The position numbers were made by a program, and so were the translations under genes. A DNA stretch of 64,000 nt, from contig OZ116708.1 in NCBI GenBank assembly GCA_964199315.1, forward strand, positions 6,138,001 to 6,202,000. Direction: 5' to 3'. The notes under the pieces are model-generated. The model was not told the origin of the DNA. It saw only the letters and a program-made list of their open reading frames with translations, and made no database searches. Source of the DNA: Orbicella franksi. Taxonomy: Eukaryota. Positions 54,001 to 61,480 of the stretch are shown here, piece after piece (within the stretch, counting starts at the first letter, position 1; every line of letters starts with the position of its first letter).

Positions 54001-57000
54001 CCCATGATCCCGGAGGTCCGTTACCAGGGGCAACACATGTGACCGTGGATGAGCCATTCAAACGATAACCAATCGTACAAGAAAAGTTACATTTTGCTCC
54101 AAAGTGAATGCCGCAGCTGCTCATTAGCAGGGGACCTCCTGGATTTATCAGCGATGTACAATTGATAACTGGAAAAATTGAACGTGAAATTAAAATGTTT
54201 TTAATCATCTTGATGAGAAGTATTTTGTACCAAGGATTTCTGAAAGCCTTGTTCACAACTGCAAACTAAGCGTACGCGCAAACGCAAACGCAGTCATAGT
54301 TTTTGCTTTTTTTTACTAACCTACCAACCTTCATAGCTGTTTTACCGATAACTTGTACACGTGTTGTTAATAACTACATTTGAATGTTCAGGACGTTAAG
54401 CAAAATATACTTTGCACAATGTCATGCTTTGTTATTTTGGCTGCACTTAAGTTGAGTCCCTTTACACGTGCTAAACGCAATTTATTCTAAAGCTGCGAAA
54501 CTGTGTAACATGAAATAAACTTTCTGATAACGCTCACGCGCCTTAAAACACTTTTGTCTAGATTATTTTTCTTCGTTTGCTTTGTCGTGTCAAAACAAAC
54601 AGTCTTTACTTGTATGGTTGTGTCAATCGTTTATTGTTTTTCTATACTTTGAGTAATCCTTACAGGCGGGAGAGTTTTAATGAGTTGATTGTGAACAAAC
54701 AATTCGGTAAAAACTGCTTTAAAGGTAATCCCAATCCTTGATGAAAACGCACAACTGTCCAGGAAACAAAGTTAATAGCTTAAACATTGTGTTACCCATC
54801 ACTTCAATCGTAAAGCTACAAGAAGCCTTGTTTGCTGATTGGTCCTCTGCAGTGTACATGACCACGTGAGTTCCCTGGCTGAATCTTTGAGGTGGTTGGT
54901 GATTCCACGTCACGGTAGGTGGGACTCCTGAATTGTCAGTGGCAACGGGCTCGCTCCAGCTCACTTGGGCTGAAAACAGGCCACGTTCTGCATACACCTG
55001 CAACGGACTTGCTGGACACGTGACAACGAATGTCGGAGGACTAACATCTGTAATATGAAATAAAAGCATAAGGCACTATAGTAACACATTATTTGGCAAA
55101 TTATTTTGACACTAATTACTTTCACAGTAATGTTGATTAAAGAGCCCATACATTCGGACATAGTTTTTAGAGGAAAATGGTTATGAAGCCTGGGCAAACA
55201 TCAAAAGGGTAAACAATGATATCAAGATTTATGTTGCAAGCTCCCCGACCGTGCACAATCTTTTGTTTTCGTTCATACAAAATGCATGAATTACGTAACC
55301 AAAACGTTTTTATTGGTTACTTCCTCAGTACAGAGTAAACAGCTACTGTGTTTTGTGCTCGGTCTAGGCCAAAAAAGAGATCAAAGACATGCAACAAAGA
55401 AATTTGTCAGGTTTCATAACCATTCCTCACTATTAACTATGATTTGGAGATTGGTCACATGAATCAGCGACGGCCACTTATTGTTTTCTCACCTTTAGGA
55501 TGTACATGCTATTTTTGGGTGGGCAATAGCTGGTGTAAGAATTTTAAACACGTTAAAAATAGGACCTGGAGGGTAAAAAGCGCTTGCTCGATTTTTTTTC
55601 CCATGGTTCCCCTTGTACATTTTTTTTCGGCAGTTGTTGCTGTACAGGATTTTTATATTGAAACTGCGCACCTCCCCTTAACCCCCACCCCCCGTCCCTC
55701 AGATCCTATTATAAATCGTCTGTCAACTGTCGTGGCTGTCACCATCCAAATAATGGCTTATTATCTGCATTTTCATGTTTTGCAGTTTGTAAAGCAAGCC
55801 TCGAGATTTCCACTATGTGACACGGGAAGTAATCGAATGACCTCATGTTATAATTATGTAAAATGACATACATTGCATGGGCAATATAAAGATAAATAAA
55901 TAAATAAATAAATAAAAAGATTACATTGTTTAATTGTCATTACTGCTTACGTTGGCACACTGTAAATTACAAAACAAATATTGAAAATAGCACATATATA
56001 CTATGAGGAATCCTAACTGGTGGGAAGCTGACCAGTTGGCTGATTGTACAACACGGTCAGTGAGCTGAACTCGGAACTACCAAGAACAAATCCAGATAGT
56101 TGTAGGGTGGAGTATTTGAACCAGGGGGTCTCCAGGTTTCAAATCCAGCCCCCTAAACCACTCGGTCACGCGGTCTTCAAGGACGATTCACTTGTACCTG
56201 TACAGTTGATAGCATTTCCACTCCATTGCCCAGTCTGCAAACACGTTCTGGTCACATTTCCTTGGCTGCTACCATAGCCACTTTGACAGCCAAATACACA
56301 GTTGGATCCAATCGTAGTGCCACAGGAAATGGTCAGTAATACGGCTTTAAAAGGAATGCTCAAAGGAGCACAGGTGACAGCTTAAACGTAACGGACACAT
56401 TTGTCATTTCAAAAGGAAAGGAACTATATTTTAATGAAACTTTGCGACCAAAAAGAAGACCATGTCCTAAGAAAACAAAACGACAGTGTATATCAATGGC
56501 AGAAAATGACTATTTAGCACCCGAAATTAACAAGTGTTGTCATTTCTTCCAAAATGATATCAATTCTATTAATGCTTTCCAAGCGTTTACGCAAGGATGA
56601 ACATTACATTTTTCACCTTGAAAACCACAAAAAACTGTTTGACCTTTCGGTTAATAGGGAAGTTTGGTACATGTTGATCTTAGTGGTTTACTGTTATTTC
56701 CGTCTACAAAAACTGAGCTGGTTTAGCTCCTCACCATTACACTGAGGCTGCGTTCCAGTCCATACACCGTTGCTGTTACATGTCCGTGTTGCTGACCCAG
56801 TCATGCTGTACACACTATCACAGGAAAAATGACAGGAGTGTCCTGGCAAATTAGCACAGGGCGCTACGCTTCCGTGGGCTGGAGCGGTCAACAGAGGGCA
56901 GCGATTCACTGTTTCATAAACAAAGTGATTAAATGTAAATAAATGAAGGTGATACGTTGTTCTTGGGGTCCAAGAATCAGTTGATGACTGTAAACCATAT

Positions 57001-60000
57001 CCCTAGTCCTTGCCTCCAACTCCCACTCCCCTCCCTGGAATCCATATTTATAGTCCTTGCCTTCAATTTGCCCATCTCTCGCTGTTCCATGGCTAACAGA
57101 ACGCTTTGAGAAGGACAAGTTTGTGATAACGATAATAAAGACGCTATTAAATACAATTTCAGCTGCTTTACCTTAGGCTTCGGACTTTATCCCTAGTCCT
57201 CGCCCCCCCCCCCCCCCACCCCCTCCACCCTAACTAACCACCACCACGGAATCCAATCCCTATCAAAGCTGTTACCACAATGTCTAAATTACCTCCTTGA
57301 CAAGTGAAGGCATCGCCAAGCTTCAGTTGAACTCCCTCTGGACAAAAGCATTGATGGCCAGAAGGATTTGGAAGACATAGATTACTGCATCCTCCATTCA
57401 GCTGGCTACAACTGGTGGATCCTATTAAGCAAGGAAGAGTCATCTTGTTGATAATTATCACATTGCATATATGCTCAATAAATGGTTAAGTGTGGGTTAT
57501 CCTCAAGTATGTCACGTCGAGTGTTCTCCCTATGAAGCCATGGCGGTGGTGAACCACTGTGTGGCAAGAGAATTTTCACAAGAACGTTCAGTGCAGTTCA
57601 AAATATGTTTATGTTTGTTTCTTAGCACCTACAGCTTTAACGCCCGAGTGAGGTAATGTCCAGTTTCTTTTGAAAAATTTGTGCCACATTTAATCAGCGT
57701 AGAGTTTCATGCAAAATTGAGCCCAGCTCCCTACCGTATACAAAATATACAGAGAACTAATGACTGGCCATATTCAATTGGCTTCATGTTTAATTAAGAA
57801 GGAATAGTCATGGGGATACTTTTTTCTAGTTTCGTAGTTTTCAAATTTGTTGTCCGTTTAAGGAGTAACCGACTTTGTTACACACTGTTGAGAAGACAAA
57901 CTCGGTAGACTCCTGGCAGCCTTCTTTTTTTCCAAAGGCGAGTGTTTAGTCAACCGCGAACACAAAAGTGGTGGCCGAGTAAGGACAAAGGGGAGACAAA
58001 GGCAGAATGGCCGAGTAGGGAAGACGGCGAGACGACGTGCGTGCCGCGCCCATGTCTCTTTCCATTCCCCTTTAGACTAAAGCGTCTCGTCCCATAACCC
58101 CTGCTGAATTTCGAGAGAAACACAGACTATCAGCAGTCTAGAGACTCGGCTATGTCTATTACCGGTAACTTTTGTCGCCTGCTTTGAGTACATTAAGTAT
58201 TCGACGCTGGTAAGTTGCTAGTGAAATTTTTCGCCATCATTTAACCGATGGTAAACAAATTCGTTTCTGTAAAGTCAAATCAGTCGACAAAAAAAAAAAA
58301 AAAATAATAATAATAATAATAATAATAAAATAAAATATAGTTAACCTGTAAAGTCTTTGGATTGATCATACACGTGCAATTCCATCGGAGTTTCCATGCC
58401 CTGAACTACGACTTCAGTCAGAGAGGTTGTCATGTTGTACTTGTGAACGTTTTGACTGTTCCAGTCAGACCAGTACAGGGCGTCACCAAAAAGAGCGAGT
58501 CCAAAAGGGTGCAAAGAATCCAATGATAAGTCCAGTATCAGTACTCGGTTACTTCCTTGTAGGTCAACCCTTTCAATCTTATCAAGGTACGCATCGCACC
58601 AATACAACTGTCTATTTAGGTAGTCCAGAGTCAGAGCGTTCACCCATAGAAGTCCTGAACTTACGAGAGTTGCCCTGGCAGAACCGTCCATGTTTGCTTG
58701 TTCAATCTTTGGCGATGATCCCCTACTACCCCAATACATCTTTCTAAAAAGATAAGATTCATCAGTTGATCAGTTTAAGGAGAAAAAGAATTGAACAATG
58801 GCGATGAGATACGAAATTTCATTAAAGTGGCAAGTGGAAAGAGCAATATTTCACAAGCTAGGATAGCTTTTTCTCTTGAGAAGTTGCATTGTTCTTGAAT
58901 TTCCAAGAAAACCGTTCGAAAATCTTAAAAGAGGGCGAAGGATTATCTCTTAACGGCCTTATCTATTCCAAAGATTTGTCAACATTCTCAAACATCACCA
59001 AACATTTTCATGCATGAACGAATACCTCTAAAAAGTCTACAACGGTCAATCAAACTTGTAGAAGAGTTACAACTTGTTAATATTGCTTTGGTTTGCATAG
59101 ATATTCGATAGTGCGTCAGTATCATTGACAGCTACATATTTGTGATTTCAAGATTACCTTTCTCCAATATCAAGTAGAATGGCTCTTGGCTCTACAACGC
59201 TTGACGTGATTAGACTAGTTCTGGATGACCCATCCAACCTTGCGACCTCAATTCTACTGGCTCCCTCATCTGTCCAATAAATATTACGTCCAACATAATC
59301 CACTGCCAGCCCTCCAGGAGTTATCACGTTACCGTACGCGATGACTTCAACTGAAGATCCGTTAGGAAATGCCCTGGCCAGTAATTCCAACGTTACGTCT
59401 GTCCAATAGATTTTTCCTTCCACTGGATCATAATCAACAGCCACGGGTCTTGAGATGTTTGCGATGATTCCCAAAGGATAACAAGGGGTTTCAGGTACTT
59501 CCAGAGGAACCTTGTAAATTTCTCCATTGTCTGCTTCAGCAAAGATTACGAATTTCTCTGAGCTTGTCTTGTAGAACATTGCTTGAATATATGTATAAAA
59601 AATGAATAAATAAATAAATAAGCCTATGAGAATCAGACTGACCTACAAATTCTACAAAATTATAGAAAGACATTGCTTTTCCGTATTCATTTGGCAATAG
59701 GGAGTTTAAGCAAATCACTACGGCTGGTGCTACTAAGGCTGCCGTGACTGAAAAGGTCTGGGGAGAGTACGTCTTGGTGGTCTGCCAAGTAGCGAGTAAA
59801 GCGAAATACAAAGATGAAAGAAACATCGACTAAGGAGTTTAAAATCTCTTTTATTTAGTTTCTCACAGCCAAATGGCTTCCTCAAAGGACGATGACCGTT
59901 ATTCGCCTTCCTAGGACGAACAGATTATTATTTCCGAGCGAAAGCGAATGCCAGACACTTTGTTCCAGAACAATTTGATGGATGTTTTATATAATTTCTG

Positions 60001-61422
60001 AGACTAATATCTCAAAGAATATCGAGTGAAAAACAGAAATATATCAATACTCAAAGAAGCAAAATAGCATCGTATAGTTATCCAGATATAAAACATCTTC
60101 ACTAAACCCTCAAAGTAAACTTAACCGAAGAAAAACAACCTCGTGCTCAACACGAATATTTTACTTGACTCACTTCGCCATTCCAACACCTTTGCCAAAA
60201 CTTATCGTAAATTCAGGATACGGATTTACAAGCTTCTGAGAGGTAACCTTACCACAATCTTTGACTTAAATTGACTTTAAAGGATATAGTATCCAATGGA
60301 ATTCTTAAAATACCGAGATGTCCGTTGAAAAGGGCCAGAGAAGCGAAATAAACCCGACGTAGTAGTCACTACGGCAAAACATCCCAACTCACGTAGTCAG
60401 ATTTCACGCTACGGCTGGATGCAACCGACGTACATGCGCACTGTCTCATTTTGGGGGCTATTTACTTCCGGCAGCCGTATCAGCGCCAGCCGTAGTGATT
60501 TGCTTAAAGTCCCTATTATCTCCATTGTCAACCACTTAGCTGGTAATTTCAAGTAAAAAGATCACAATGAATCAATAGGAGACCACTTTCGTTAACAAGG
60601 AAAGTAGTATCTATGGACATCACTAATTTTAACCTGTGATCGACTCTAAGTAGTACATAATGTTAGCATGCTAATCTCGTCACTTCTTTACAAGGTGTTC
60701 TCACTGATTCCACGTCTTACATCCAAATCTGCAAAGCCGTGTGTTACATGCATCATCTGAACCACCCAAGTGCTGCTGTTCCAAGGAAGGGTAATGCTCA
60801 TTACATCAACTTTTGAAACTTGTTCAACTCGACATTGTTCAGTCACGTGAGATAATTAGTGTATGACAACCGTGCTTTTTCTTATGTTTTTAATTTTTTT
60901 GTCGAATTTGTCAATGTGGCTGTTTACTTTTTACAATTTCTAAAACATTTTTTTGGCACGACCTTTCTTGTTTACACATATTTAACCTCAATAATGTTTC
61001 ACACGATTTAGAGTCAAGTCAAGAAAAGCAGCACTCGAATCAAGATGGCGGCCATTCAGAAATTATGATGCAACCACGTCAAATGAGGTAAGCAGACCAC
61101 GCTATAAAGGGACGGAGATGGTCTTAGAGCAACCGACTAGAGACGAGTTAGCTAAAGTGGTAACTAGTTAAAAAATTGAAGCAGATAAACACATTGATTT
61201 CGCACCATGGTCACAGGTTTTCCCATCAGACTTGAGGGCGATGCCGGTTGGACATGCGCACTGGTACCCTTGTGGCTTAAGAAGGCAGAAATCGCTGCAG
61301 AGTCCATTGTTATGGGAACAATTATGAAAACCTGATAACAGACAAACGAAATTAGTAACTTCCAGTACAACAGTTTTCCGAATCTTCGTTACCTTGAGCA
61401 TGATACGTATTTTCTTTAATTG

Positions 61423-61480
<58 letters not shown>

